Of a stretch of 64,000 bases of DNA, positions 19,139-27,962 are shown one piece after another. Each line of letters opens with the position of its first letter. Position 1 is the stretch's first letter. This DNA comes from Candidatus Nomurabacteria bacterium (GTDB lineage Bacteria > Patescibacteriota > Minisyncoccia > Phycocordibacterales > SBAW01): assembly GCA_943356415.1 (NCBI GenBank), contig CALREW010000001.1, forward strand, positions 223,900-287,899, written 5' to 3'. Made by a program: the position numbers and the translations under genes. The notes beneath the pieces were generated by a model that did no database searches, was not told the DNA's origin, and saw only the letters and a program-made list of their open reading frames with translations.

Positions 19139-20131
19139 CTACATGCCCATGAACTCGCGTTGGAATGTGGCGAGTGGCATCTGCGTGAGCCGCTCGAAGA
19201 TGGTGTGGTAGAGGCCCGTGGTCTGCGCGAGCACGTCCTTGGGCACGTACTGCTCGCGTACCCATGCGTAGTCGGCGTTCACCTCAGGCTTCCTGCGCTG
19301 GATGCCGAGCGTGCGCCCCCAGGTGCGGACGAACTCCTTGTCGTGGGACTTCGGTGTCCGGCCCTCACGCAGTGCGAGGTTCCAGTCGGTCTCGTCCCAG
19401 AAGCGGCTCGAGTCCGGCGTCAGATATTCATCGCCGAGAACAAGACGACGATCCTTGTCATAGCCGAACTCGAACTTCGTGTCGGCGATGATGACCTGGC
19501 GAAGCGCAGCGTGTATCCGGCCGACCTTGTAGATCTCCCATGCGAGATCACCGAGCTCGCCGCCGTACTTCTCGTCGACCGACTGCGCCGTGATGTGCTC
19601 GTCGTGACCCACCGTGACCTTGGTCGTCGGTGTGAAGAGCGGATTGTCGAACTGCGACCCATCCACCAGACCAGGAGGAAGCGAATGGCCGCACAACAGG
19701 TGCTTCGGCGCCGTTTCCTTGTAGGCGGTGAGTCCCGAGCCCGTGAGATAACCCCGGATGATGCACTCGACCGGGATCATCTCGAGCTTGCGGACGACGA
19801 CCGCGCGTGCGTGAAGGTCGCCCTTGTTGAGCTGGGCCTTCGGGAGATACTTGTCGATCTCAGCGCCTGCGGCGACGAAATCGGTCAGCACACCGTTGGG
19901 GTTCAGGAGAGCCTTGTCCCAGAAGACCTTGAGCGCCGTCAGGATTTCGCCCTTGTCGCGCACAAAATCCCCGAGCACGAAGTCGAAGATCGAGATGCGG
20001 TCGCTCGCGACAACCAGCATGAGGTCGTCGTGTCCCGGCAGTTCGTAGCTGTCGCGGACCTTACCACGATTCAACAGCTTGAGGCCGGGAACCTTCGGAC
20101 CGAACGTTGTCATGTCCACCATGAACTTCCC
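19139..20131 (-). CDS. purC: SAICAR synthetase, long form
   Basis: GKVRDSY, DRIS.FD, PVECI.RGY, KFEFG and LGDE.LTPDSSRFW. Start uncertain (20113, 20131 or 20215). G+C-rich. Confidence 0.8.
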   Translation of the reverse strand, partial: GKFMVDMTTFGPKVPGLKLLNRGKVRDSYELPGHDDLMLVVASDRISIFDFVLGDFVRDKGEILTALKVFWDKALLNPNGVLTDFVAAGAEIDKYLPKAQLNKGDLHARAVVVRKLEMIPVECIIRGYLTGSGLTAYKETAPKHLLCGHSLPPGLVDGSQFDNPLFTPTTKVTVGHDEHITAQSVDEKYGGELGDLAWEIYKVGRIHAALRQVIIADTKFEFGYDKDRRLVLGDEYLTPDSSRFWDETDWNLALREGRTPKSHDKEFVRTWGRTLGIQRRKPEVNADYAWVREQYVPKDVLAQTTGLYHTIFERLTQMPLATFQREFMGM

Positions 20132-20272
20132 CATTACACAGTATTGATGCTGCACACCCTGCAGCTGGTACATACAACCCACTGGTGAGCCTAAACAACC
20201 AGTGCCAAATTGCAAACGAAAACGCCGGCCCCCGAATGCAGAGGGCCGGCGTCGTATTTCAGGCGGCGAGGT

Positions 20273-21691
20273 CTAGACCTCGCCGCGGGCGATCGCGGGG
20301 GCGATGCCGATGTAATTGAGCGGCGTGATGCGCATGATTTCCGCCTTCACGCCGTCGTTAACGTCGAGCGTGGCCACGAAGGACCGGAGGTCGTCGAGGC
20401 TCACCGCCTTCCCACGCGCCACATCCTTGAGGATGTTGTAGGCACCGCCGACGCCTTCGCGCCGGAGGATGACCTGGATCGCCTCGGTGATGACCTCGGG
20501 GTGTTCCCAGAGCGCCTTGGCCATGGCCTCAGCATTCGGGGACGACTTACCGAGACCACGCATGACCGCCTTGTAGGCGATCAGGCTCCAGCCGAACGCG
20601 ATGCCGAAGTTGCGCATCACAGTGGAGTCCGAGAGATCGCGCTGGAGGCGCGACTTGGTGAGCTTGCGGGCGAAGAGTTCAAACAGCGCGTTCGCGAGCT
20701 CGAGGTTGCCTTCCCCATTCTCCCAGTCGATCGGGTTGACCTTGTGGGGCATGGCAGACGATCCCGACTCACTCGCCACAGCGCGCTGCGTGATCCAGCC
20801 GTCGCTGATGTAGCGCCACGTATCCTGCGCCAGATCTTCGACGATGTTGTTGATGCGGATCATCACCTGGAACAGCTCGGCATAGCTGTCGTGCGGTTCG
20901 ATCTGCGTGGTGTAGTGGTTTGCCACGATAACCGGATCGCTCGACGTGAAGCGGCTGAGCGTCGCGATGAAGCTCGATGCAAACTTCGGCCAGTCCACGT
21001 TCGGAAACGCAACGAACTCTGCGTTGTGGTTGCCAGTGGCACCGGAGAACTTGGCGTCTATGGTAACCCGGTACAGCTTGTTGAGCTCCCGTTCGAGGCG
21101 TTCCTTGAACACGCGCATTTCCTTGCCGAACGTCGTTGGCGACGCCGACTGACCGTGCGTGCGTGCGAGCATCGGAAGCTCCGCATGCTCGACCGAGAGT
21201 TTCTCGAGCGTGTCGTTTAGCTCGAAGAGCTGCGGCAGAATGACCTTCGAGATGGCATCGCACAGCATGAGCGCGTACGCGCAGCTGTTGATGTCCTCGG
21301 AGGTACGGCCGAAGTGTAGCCACGGCAACAGGTCCGCCATCGAGGTCTGCCGCAGCTTCATCTGAAGCCAGAGCTCGACGGACTGCACGTCGTGGTTTGT
21401 GGGGCCGAGCTTCATCTCGCCGTCCACATAGCCTTTGCGTTCGATTTGCTGAATGACGATGGCGTCGTCGAGCGAGAAATCGGCCACGAGCTTGTCGAGG
21501 AATTCCGCCTCGCTTTCGGTGAGCGGACGCACCGGCACCCCGGGGAAATCCGCGAGATGCTCGATGAACGCGACCTTGACGGTCACGCGATACCGCACGA
21601 GCGCGCCTTCGCTCATGCGCTGCGCTAGAGCTGCGACCGCCTTTGCATAGCGCCCGTCAACCGACGAGAGCCTCTCCAGTGGATGTGCCAT
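20273..21691 (-). CDS. purB: adenylosuccinate lyase
   Basis: SPVDGRY N-terminus, HFG.TSEDIN and THGQ.A.PTT.GKE signature; 472 aa. G+C-rich, with its own terminator. Confidence 0.85.
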   Translation of the reverse strand: MAHPLERLSSVDGRYAKAVAALAQRMSEGALVRYRVTVKVAFIEHLADFPGVPVRPLTESEAEFLDKLVADFSLDDAIVIQQIERKGYVDGEMKLGPTNHDVQSVELWLQMKLRQTSMADLLPWLHFGRTSEDINSCAYALMLCDAISKVILPQLFELNDTLEKLSVEHAELPMLARTHGQSASPTTFGKEMRVFKERLERELNKLYRVTIDAKFSGATGNHNAEFVAFPNVDWPKFASSFIATLSRFTSSDPVIVANHYTTQIEPHDSYAELFQVMIRINNIVEDLAQDTWRYISDGWITQRAVASESGSSAMPHKVNPIDWENGEGNLELANALFELFARKLTKSRLQRDLSDSTVMRNFGIAFGWSLIAYKAVMRGLGKSSPNAEAMAKALWEHPEVITEAIQVILRREGVGGAYNILKDVARGKAVSLDDLRSFVATLDVNDGVKAEIMRITPLNYIGIAPAIARGEV

Positions 21692-21944
21692 CTCTTAACC
21701 CTCTTCCTTCTTCAAAAAACGTTGTATCCCTTGCTCCATAAACGCGGAGCAACCAAACGGACTCTACTAGAGTCCAACGAACAAGTCTAGACAAACCTTT
21801 AGTTTAATTTCATATTGTCCTTATGCGGCATATATACCGCGGTATGGATACGGGCTGTACGCCTTCGATCGTCAAGATCGAGGCGCTTGCCTATGTCTAT
21901 AGCCGTGGTGTTTTGCAAAGCTAATCTCCTACGCACAGGAAGCT

Positions 21945-21990
21945 CTCGAAACCCCTCGGCTGGATGCGAAGCCGAGGGGTTTTCGTTTCC
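21945..21990 (+). terminator. hairpin plus T-tract inside the purB/GNAT divergent leader
   Basis: aaacccctcggc tggatgcga agccgaggggtttt cgtttcc. Confidence 0.4.
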
Positions 21991-22026
21991 AGCATGACTG
22001 ATCCTTAACAAGAGAAGGCCAAACCG

Positions 22027-22641
22027 ATGAGCAAGCGTATCAACCGCGTGGTTTTCAAAGACCACCCGAAGTCGAAAGTATTTCTCTCGCCTATCGAGAT
22101 GGGCGACGTCGATCGCTACTACGCGTGGACCAACGACCACGACGTAACTCGCTTCCTGATGATCCGCTTCCCCACCACACGCAAGCAGGAAGAGACCTGG
22201 TGTGCGGGGTCAGCGGCCAGTGCCCAACTGGAGAACATCGTGTTGGCGATTATCGAGAAGAAAGGGGGCACACACATCGGAAGCATCGGGTTGCATCGCA
22301 TCAGTTGGGGCAACCGTTCGGCAACAACGGGTGCGATGATCGGCGACAAACGCTTCTGGGGTGCAGGCTACGGCAGCCACGCCAAAGTGCTCCTGTTGAA
22401 GTACGCCTTCGACGAACTCGGGCTGCACTCCATTGAGTCCCGGGTAGCCGCCTTCAATGGCCGGAGCGCTGCCTACAACAAGAAGTGCGGCTACCTCGAA
22501 GTTGGTCGCATGCCGGAGCGGACATTCCGCGACGGAAAATTCCACGACGAAATCGTCATGGAGACACGGCCCACATTGTTCCGTCCTATCTGGAAGAGTT
22601 TCGAGGCCGGCACGTTCGGACCCTCGAAGCGCAAGAAATAG
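22027..22641 (+). CDS. GNAT N-acetyltransferase (RimJ/RimL-like)
   Basis: Acetyl-CoA-binding fold (IGSIGLHRI...R/Q..G.G.G..A). G+C-rich. Confidence 0.65.
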   Translation: MSKRINRVVFKDHPKSKVFLSPIEMGDVDRYYAWTNDHDVTRFLMIRFPTTRKQEETWCAGSAASAQLENIVLAIIEKKGGTHIGSIGLHRISWGNRSATTGAMIGDKRFWGAGYGSHAKVLLLKYAFDELGLHSIESRVAAFNGRSAAYNKKCGYLEVGRMPERTFRDGKFHDEIVMETRPTLFRPIWKSFEAGTFGPSKRKK

Positions 22642-22762
22642 CTTCGTACGAAAATGATGGACGCCCCCGCGACTGCGGGGGCGTTTTCATTTGAACTAAC
22701 CCTACTAAAAAGTCTGAGGGCCCGGCGGTGAAGCCGGGCCCTCGAACCTCTCGAGTCTAAGA

Positions 22763-23839
22763 CTAGCTGTGCAGCGGGACTGGCACCAGCTCGTTGTGGA
22801 GAACCTCCGGCGATCGGCCGCCACGGCCCGGGCGGATCATGGTGAGGCGGACCGCAAGCAGCTGAGGGCCCTCCGCCCTCCACGCTTCAACGATCCTCAA
22901 CGCCCGCTTGATGGCGTTGTCGATCGCTTCCTTCTCCGTCATGATCTTGCTCGTCCACTCGCCTTCGGAGCCAGGCCAGTTGAACGTGTACGTCGCGCCG
23001 TTGATCGAATCAGCGCGGAGCGACGTCATCTTCCACGGATGAGCGCCGATCTCGCAGAGCCGCCCTTCAAGTTCACGAGCAGGCTGCGCGAACGTCCGCA
23101 TAGCCCACTCGGTGTATTTCGAAACCAACTCCCATTCCAGCACGCGCTCACCTTCGATACCAACGGCGTTGACGATGCGTGCGACGCCAGCGAGGGCATC
23201 GTGCCGCACCGCCAAGTCTTTGGCGAACGCGACTGTTGCCGTATCGCAGACGTCGTTGTGAACATCTGCCTTTGAGAGCTCAACCATCGCGAGCATCATC
23301 CGAGCGCGGCGTGATGGATCCGCACGGAAGTTATTGTCGCGGATGAGCCGCGAGATGAGCTCGTGATGGACCACTTGGTCGGCGCACTTAGCCGCTTCCA
23401 CCAGAAAACGGCAGAGCTCGTCGGCTTCGGCCTCGTCTTCACTCTCCGCCCACCGACGCACGACGAGCGTGAGCAGCTTTTCGCGTGTTTTCAAATGGGG
23501 CGACTTGTTGTCCGAAGGCAGGAGCGTGTAGATCTCCATGATCTCCTTGAGCTGCTCCACCCTAACGGCGACCATCATCTGTTCCGCCGGCTGACGCGCC
23601 TTACGACCAGCTTCGCGGTTCTTCTCGTAGATCGCAGCCAGCAAGTAGCCAACGTGCCCCGAAATGATCCCGTCGACTTTCTTGTCCTCCGCGTCAGAGA
23701 CGTCTTGCGCGGCCAGCCCGAGGACGATCTCGCGGAGCCGCACGACACGCTCCTCGTGCGAGAGCTCCTTGAGCGCCAGCCACGTTACGCCATCAAGTGG
23801 GTTGAAGATTTCGTCCAACCGCTTCAGGTGGTCCTTCAT
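22763..23839 (-). CDS. hypothetical protein (358 aa, G+C-rich)
   Basis: ATG 7 nt after GGAGA. Predicted mostly helical N-terminal part and a mixed C-terminal part. No family recognised. Confidence 0.45.
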   Translation of the reverse strand: MKDHLKRLDEIFNPLDGVTWLALKELSHEERVVRLREIVLGLAAQDVSDAEDKKVDGIISGHVGYLLAAIYEKNREAGRKARQPAEQMMVAVRVEQLKEIMEIYTLLPSDNKSPHLKTREKLLTLVVRRWAESEDEAEADELCRFLVEAAKCADQVVHHELISRLIRDNNFRADPSRRARMMLAMVELSKADVHNDVCDTATVAFAKDLAVRHDALAGVARIVNAVGIEGERVLEWELVSKYTEWAMRTFAQPARELEGRLCEIGAHPWKMTSLRADSINGATYTFNWPGSEGEWTSKIMTEKEAIDNAIKRALRIVEAWRAEGPQLLAVRLTMIRPGRGGRSPEVLHNELVPVPLHS

Positions 23840-24057
23840 TTCACGTCTCCTCTGTGACCGTAGCCACGGTAGCCTTATCCCCGTAGGGCAAGGTGGCAGT
23901 GGGGCATATCCCTTCTGCCAACGAAAGCACAAGCGCTTCCGGCAACACTGTACAACGCTAGTTTAACTTCGTCAAAACATATTTTTATCCTGACCATTCC
24001 ATACCTCTCTGGTATAGTCGACTTCGGAAAGGCGCTCATATAGAGCGGACGGGAAAC

Positions 24058-25155
24058 ATGGGCAAGGCCATTGGCATCCTCGGCGGTGGCCAGCTTGGCC
24101 GCATGACCGCCGCGGCCGCTGCGAAGCTCGGCGTCAAGACGGTCGTCTACTGCAAGAGCGAGGAGGAATGCGGGACGTTCATCGCGTGGAAGAAAATCAT
24201 CGCGGACTATGACAACGAGAAGGCGCTCCTCGAGTTCGCAAGCCTCGTCGACGTCATCACCTGCGAATGGGAAAGCGTCGACAAGCGCACGCTCGAGTTT
24301 CTCGAGCGTCTCGGACGCAAGCCCGTGAACCCAAGCTCGCTTGTCTTCGCTACGGCGCAAGACCGGCTGCTCGAGAAGAGGGCTGCCCAAGCGGTGGGTA
24401 TGGAGACGGCGAAATTCTGGGCGTTTCAAACCCCCCAGGAGCTCCATGACGCTGGCTTCTTTGTCGGCTTCCCCGCCATCATGAAGACCCGCTTCGGCGG
24501 CTACGACGGCAAGGGACAGCGGCGTGTGAAAAGCGTCGAAGAAGCCCGACGCGCATGGGAAGAACTCGGGCACGTCCCCTGCATCCTCGAAGCATTCGTC
24601 AACTTCAAGCACGAGGCGTCCATCATGGTCTACCGCAACAGTCGCGGCAAGACCGGCTGCTTCCCCATGGTGGTCAACACGCATGAGAACGGCATCCTCC
24701 GACAGACATTGTTCCACCAAGAAGCGTTCGGTGGAGCACCGTTCTGGACGAAGCATGAACAAGGGCCGAAGCGGCTCGCCGAGCAACTGAAACTCGTTGG
24801 TCTCACCTGTGTGGAGCTTTTCTTCACACAAGACGAGAAGTTCATTTTCAACGAGATGGCTCCGCGGCCGCACAACAGCTACCACTGGACAATCGAAGGC
24901 TGCAACGTCAGCCAGTTCGAGCAGCTGGTCCGCATCCTCGCAGATCTGCCGCTCGTCGAGCCGTACAGTCCGTTTCGTTCGGTCACTATGACCAACCTAC
25001 TCGGACACGAAGCTGACAAGAGCGTGCCAGCGCTTCTGAGCCTGCCTAAAGTTTCGGTGACGCTGTACGACAAGCCTCACCGAGATCCAAAGCCCGGTGA
25101 ACCGCCTCGCAAACGCGGGCACTGGGTCGCCGTCGAGCCGTATCATCGTCACTGA
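24058..25155 (+). CDS. purK: N5-carboxyaminoimidazole ribonucleotide synthase
   Basis: IGILGGGQLGRM N-terminus and ATP-grasp core; 365 aa. G+C-rich. Confidence 0.75.
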   Translation: MGKAIGILGGGQLGRMTAAAAAKLGVKTVVYCKSEEECGTFIAWKKIIADYDNEKALLEFASLVDVITCEWESVDKRTLEFLERLGRKPVNPSSLVFATAQDRLLEKRAAQAVGMETAKFWAFQTPQELHDAGFFVGFPAIMKTRFGGYDGKGQRRVKSVEEARRAWEELGHVPCILEAFVNFKHEASIMVYRNSRGKTGCFPMVVNTHENGILRQTLFHQEAFGGAPFWTKHEQGPKRLAEQLKLVGLTCVELFFTQDEKFIFNEMAPRPHNSYHWTIEGCNVSQFEQLVRILADLPLVEPYSPFRSVTMTNLLGHEADKSVPALLSLPKVSVTLYDKPHRDPKPGEPPRKRGHWVAVEPYHRH

Positions 25156-25224
25156 GGCTCCGACCTATCGCAACGAAAGGCCGCCCGTCTGGGCGGCCTT
25201 TTCGCGTGGTATAGACTAATTCGT

Positions 25225-26289
25225 ATGCAACAGTTTTCTCTCTACCACCACAACACCTTATGCTGGCAGGCCATTACTTCGGCACTTGAGTCGGCAACGC
25301 AGACCATAGACATCGAACATTTTATTTTCAAACAAGGTGGCATCGGTGACGAGCTGCTTTCTATCCTGTATCGCAAAGCAGCTGCGGGTGTGAAAGTACG
25401 TTTATTGCTCGACGCTATCGGCAGCGATGAGCTTGCGGTAAGCAATCTTGTAGCAAGGTGCACGGATGCAGGTATCGAGCTGCGTTTTTTTAACTCCATC
25501 ATTCCCCTCCGACTCAGTCACCACACGCCTATTTTCTTCCGCGATCACCAAAAGCTTATCGTGGTAGACAAGCGCACCGGCCTCACTGGCGGCGTGTGTA
25601 TCGACGAGCGCATGCGCGCGTGGCGCGACACGCTTATCATTTTTGAAGGAGCCGCTGTTTCTGATATGCAGCGAGCGTTTGACTGCATGTGGAAGATTGC
25701 CCACAAAGAAATGCGCCTACGTGACATGCCGAAATATAAAGTGGCGCCCGAACAATATCTTCTCGATATTCCCTTCTCTCTGCGACGCCCTGCCTACCGC
25801 GCACTTCGTCGAGCCATTCGTGCTGCAAAACGATATATCTACCTTGAAACCCCATACTTTGTTCCGCCGCATCTTTTGGTGAGACTCCTCAAAAGCGCGC
25901 GACGCAGAGGAGTAGACGTGCGTCTTATCCTTCCGGAGCGCTCAGATGCGAGCATCGCCGACCTCGCGGCTGAGAGCTATTTTGAAAATCTGCTCACCGC
26001 CGGCGTACGCATCTATCGCTACATACCTTCAACCTTACACGCCAAGATAGCAGTTATCGATGGCTCGTTTTCTATGCTCGGAAGCCACAACCTCGACCAC
26101 CTCAGTTTCCAATACAACTTCGAAGGAAGTCTCATTTCAAACGATAGCGCGCTGGCAAAAGTACTTACCGAACAACTTACGGTGGATATGGCGCACAGTT
26201 CCGAGTTGCAGTTTGCGCAGTGGTATAAACGCGGCTATGTCGCTCGTTTTATGGAAACGCTTATCTGGCCGCTCAGTTTTTTGATGTAA
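25225..26289 (+). CDS. phospholipase D-family protein (cardiolipin synthase-like)
   Basis: Two HKD motifs (HQKLIVVD..., HAKIAVID...GSHNLD). Confidence 0.75.
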   Translation: MQQFSLYHHNTLCWQAITSALESATQTIDIEHFIFKQGGIGDELLSILYRKAAAGVKVRLLLDAIGSDELAVSNLVARCTDAGIELRFFNSIIPLRLSHHTPIFFRDHQKLIVVDKRTGLTGGVCIDERMRAWRDTLIIFEGAAVSDMQRAFDCMWKIAHKEMRLRDMPKYKVAPEQYLLDIPFSLRRPAYRALRRAIRAAKRYIYLETPYFVPPHLLVRLLKSARRRGVDVRLILPERSDASIADLAAESYFENLLTAGVRIYRYIPSTLHAKIAVIDGSFSMLGSHNLDHLSFQYNFEGSLISNDSALAKVLTEQLTVDMAHSSELQFAQWYKRGYVARFMETLIWPLSFLM

Positions 26290-26333
26290 GAGTAACGATC
26301 ACCAGTAGGGTCCTGGCGCGTTAGACTATATAT

Positions 26334-26870
26334 ATGAAAGCAACAATCGCTATTGCCCTTGTTCTAGTGCTGCTCGCCGGAGGCGCCTATTGGTATATGC
26401 ATAAAGCGGCAACGGCAAAAAGTATTGCAAAAATAAGTTCATTTGAGGAATGCGGAGCCCTCTATCCAGTGATGGAAAGCTACCCGCCAAGATGTGCCAC
26501 TCCAGATGGTCGCTCCTTTACGCAAGACGTTGGAAACGAGCTTTCAAAAATGGACCTCATCACCATAGACGCACCACGTCCTACGGCCAAAATCTCTTCA
26601 CCGCTTACCGTCACTGGGAAAGCTCGCGGCACCTGGTATTTCGAAGCGAGCTTTCCCGTTGAACTTCAAGACGCGCAAGGAAATGTGATTGTTCAAACTC
26701 ATGCCGAAGCACAAAGTGACTGGATGACTGAAGACTTTGTGCCATACAAACTCACTCTCACCTTCCCCACACAACCAGCAGGGAGTCACGGCAAACTTAT
26801 CTTGCGCAAAGACAACCCATCGGGCGACCCTGCCAAAGATGACTCGCTTGTTGTTCCCGTTGTTTTCTAA
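26334..26870 (+). CDS. Gmad2 immunoglobulin-like domain protein
   Basis: N-terminal TM/signal anchor; GKARGTWYFEASFPVELQDAQGNVI pattern. Confidence 0.55.
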   Translation: MKATIAIALVLVLLAGGAYWYMHKAATAKSIAKISSFEECGALYPVMESYPPRCATPDGRSFTQDVGNELSKMDLITIDAPRPTAKISSPLTVTGKARGTWYFEASFPVELQDAQGNVIVQTHAEAQSDWMTEDFVPYKLTLTFPTQPAGSHGKLILRKDNPSGDPAKDDSLVVPVVF

Positions 26871-26955
26871 GCAGAGTTATCCACAGCCTACGTTTTCTCA
26901 AAAAATAAAGGACATCTCGTAAAGAGATGTCCTTTATTTGTCCTTTACGACGCCT

Positions 26956-27492
26956 CTAGTTACCGTCTGGGCGCACCTGCCCTTCTGTTTTTGCCGAAAC
27001 ATCGAGCTTGAGGCTCTCTGCCCTCCACCCAATGGCATTGGCAATAAGCTGCATAACGTTACCTACCGCTGCAATGGCAAGGACCAAAATGAGGTACCAA
27101 GAGAACGCAAAGGCGTAATAGGCGAAAACAACGACGAGTGTCGCCCACATACCCGTACACCACGGACACTGAAGAAGGTCCGAAATAGTCCTCAGTGGTC
27201 CCCCGGGGTACGCAGAGCGCTCTACATAGACCCTTCCATCGTCTCCAAGGAGCTCTCGACTTCGCAAAAAGCTATCTCGTAAGAACTGGGTAATCTTGTC
27301 GTACACCACCAAACGGGTGATGCGGAAAATGGCGAGTGAAATCAAAGCAAAGTCTGCCAGGGGTATGTAGCGCGGTATGACCCGGTAGGCCGCATAGAAG
27401 TACCAAAGCGAAAGCCCAAGAAGAACGGCAAAAAGAGCGGAAAAGATGAGGTTCCAAAAATTCTGATCGTCCTTTGGGCGAATGGTATTCAT
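26956..27492 (-). CDS. DUF1360 membrane protein
   Basis: LADFALISLAIFRITRLVVYDKIT ... CPWCTGMWA signature. Confidence 0.55.
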   Translation of the reverse strand: MNTIRPKDDQNFWNLIFSALFAVLLGLSLWYFYAAYRVIPRYIPLADFALISLAIFRITRLVVYDKITQFLRDSFLRSRELLGDDGRVYVERSAYPGGPLRTISDLLQCPWCTGMWATLVVVFAYYAFAFSWYLILVLAIAAVGNVMQLIANAIGWRAESLKLDVSAKTEGQVRPDGN

Positions 27493-27962
27493 ACAAAAAG
27501 CTTACTGCGTTACGGTTTTGAGTGCTAGCGCTACAGGTTTGCGAAAACCGAACACCGGTAACCAAAACCGAGCTGAAGTGGGACAAAACCAACGTCGCAC
27601 AACACGTTTTTTATAGCAAAGTGGGAGGACTTGACCACTTATCTCTTTGTGTGTCCCTAAAAACGCCTGTTTTTAAACCTATTTTAAAGAGAAACCGTAA
27701 AAAATATTGACTCTCGCTCACAATAGTTACCTTGTGCCCATTTTTTACTTATCAACAAGGCAAAAATGGCCGTTGTTGACGATAATAGACGTCCGACCGA
27801 AACACGCGAAAAATGGCCAGAATGCTATACTTTAGACACATCCAACCGTTCCATTCAGACACCTTTTTTACGCTTTCCAACTACAAGAGAAAACGTCCTT
27901 GTACGTGAGAAAAATCGTTCAAGCACGCGCAAAAAATCACTACCAGCGAAACGAACAGCTAC

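Noticed and set aside
21780-21990. Purine or ZTP riboswitch in the purB/GNAT leader
   Set aside because: I looked for the purine-riboswitch cores (UUUCUACC and CCGUAAAU) and the ZTP GGGUCGUGAC / CCGCCUGGGCA elements and found none. Only a generic terminator and palindromes are present.
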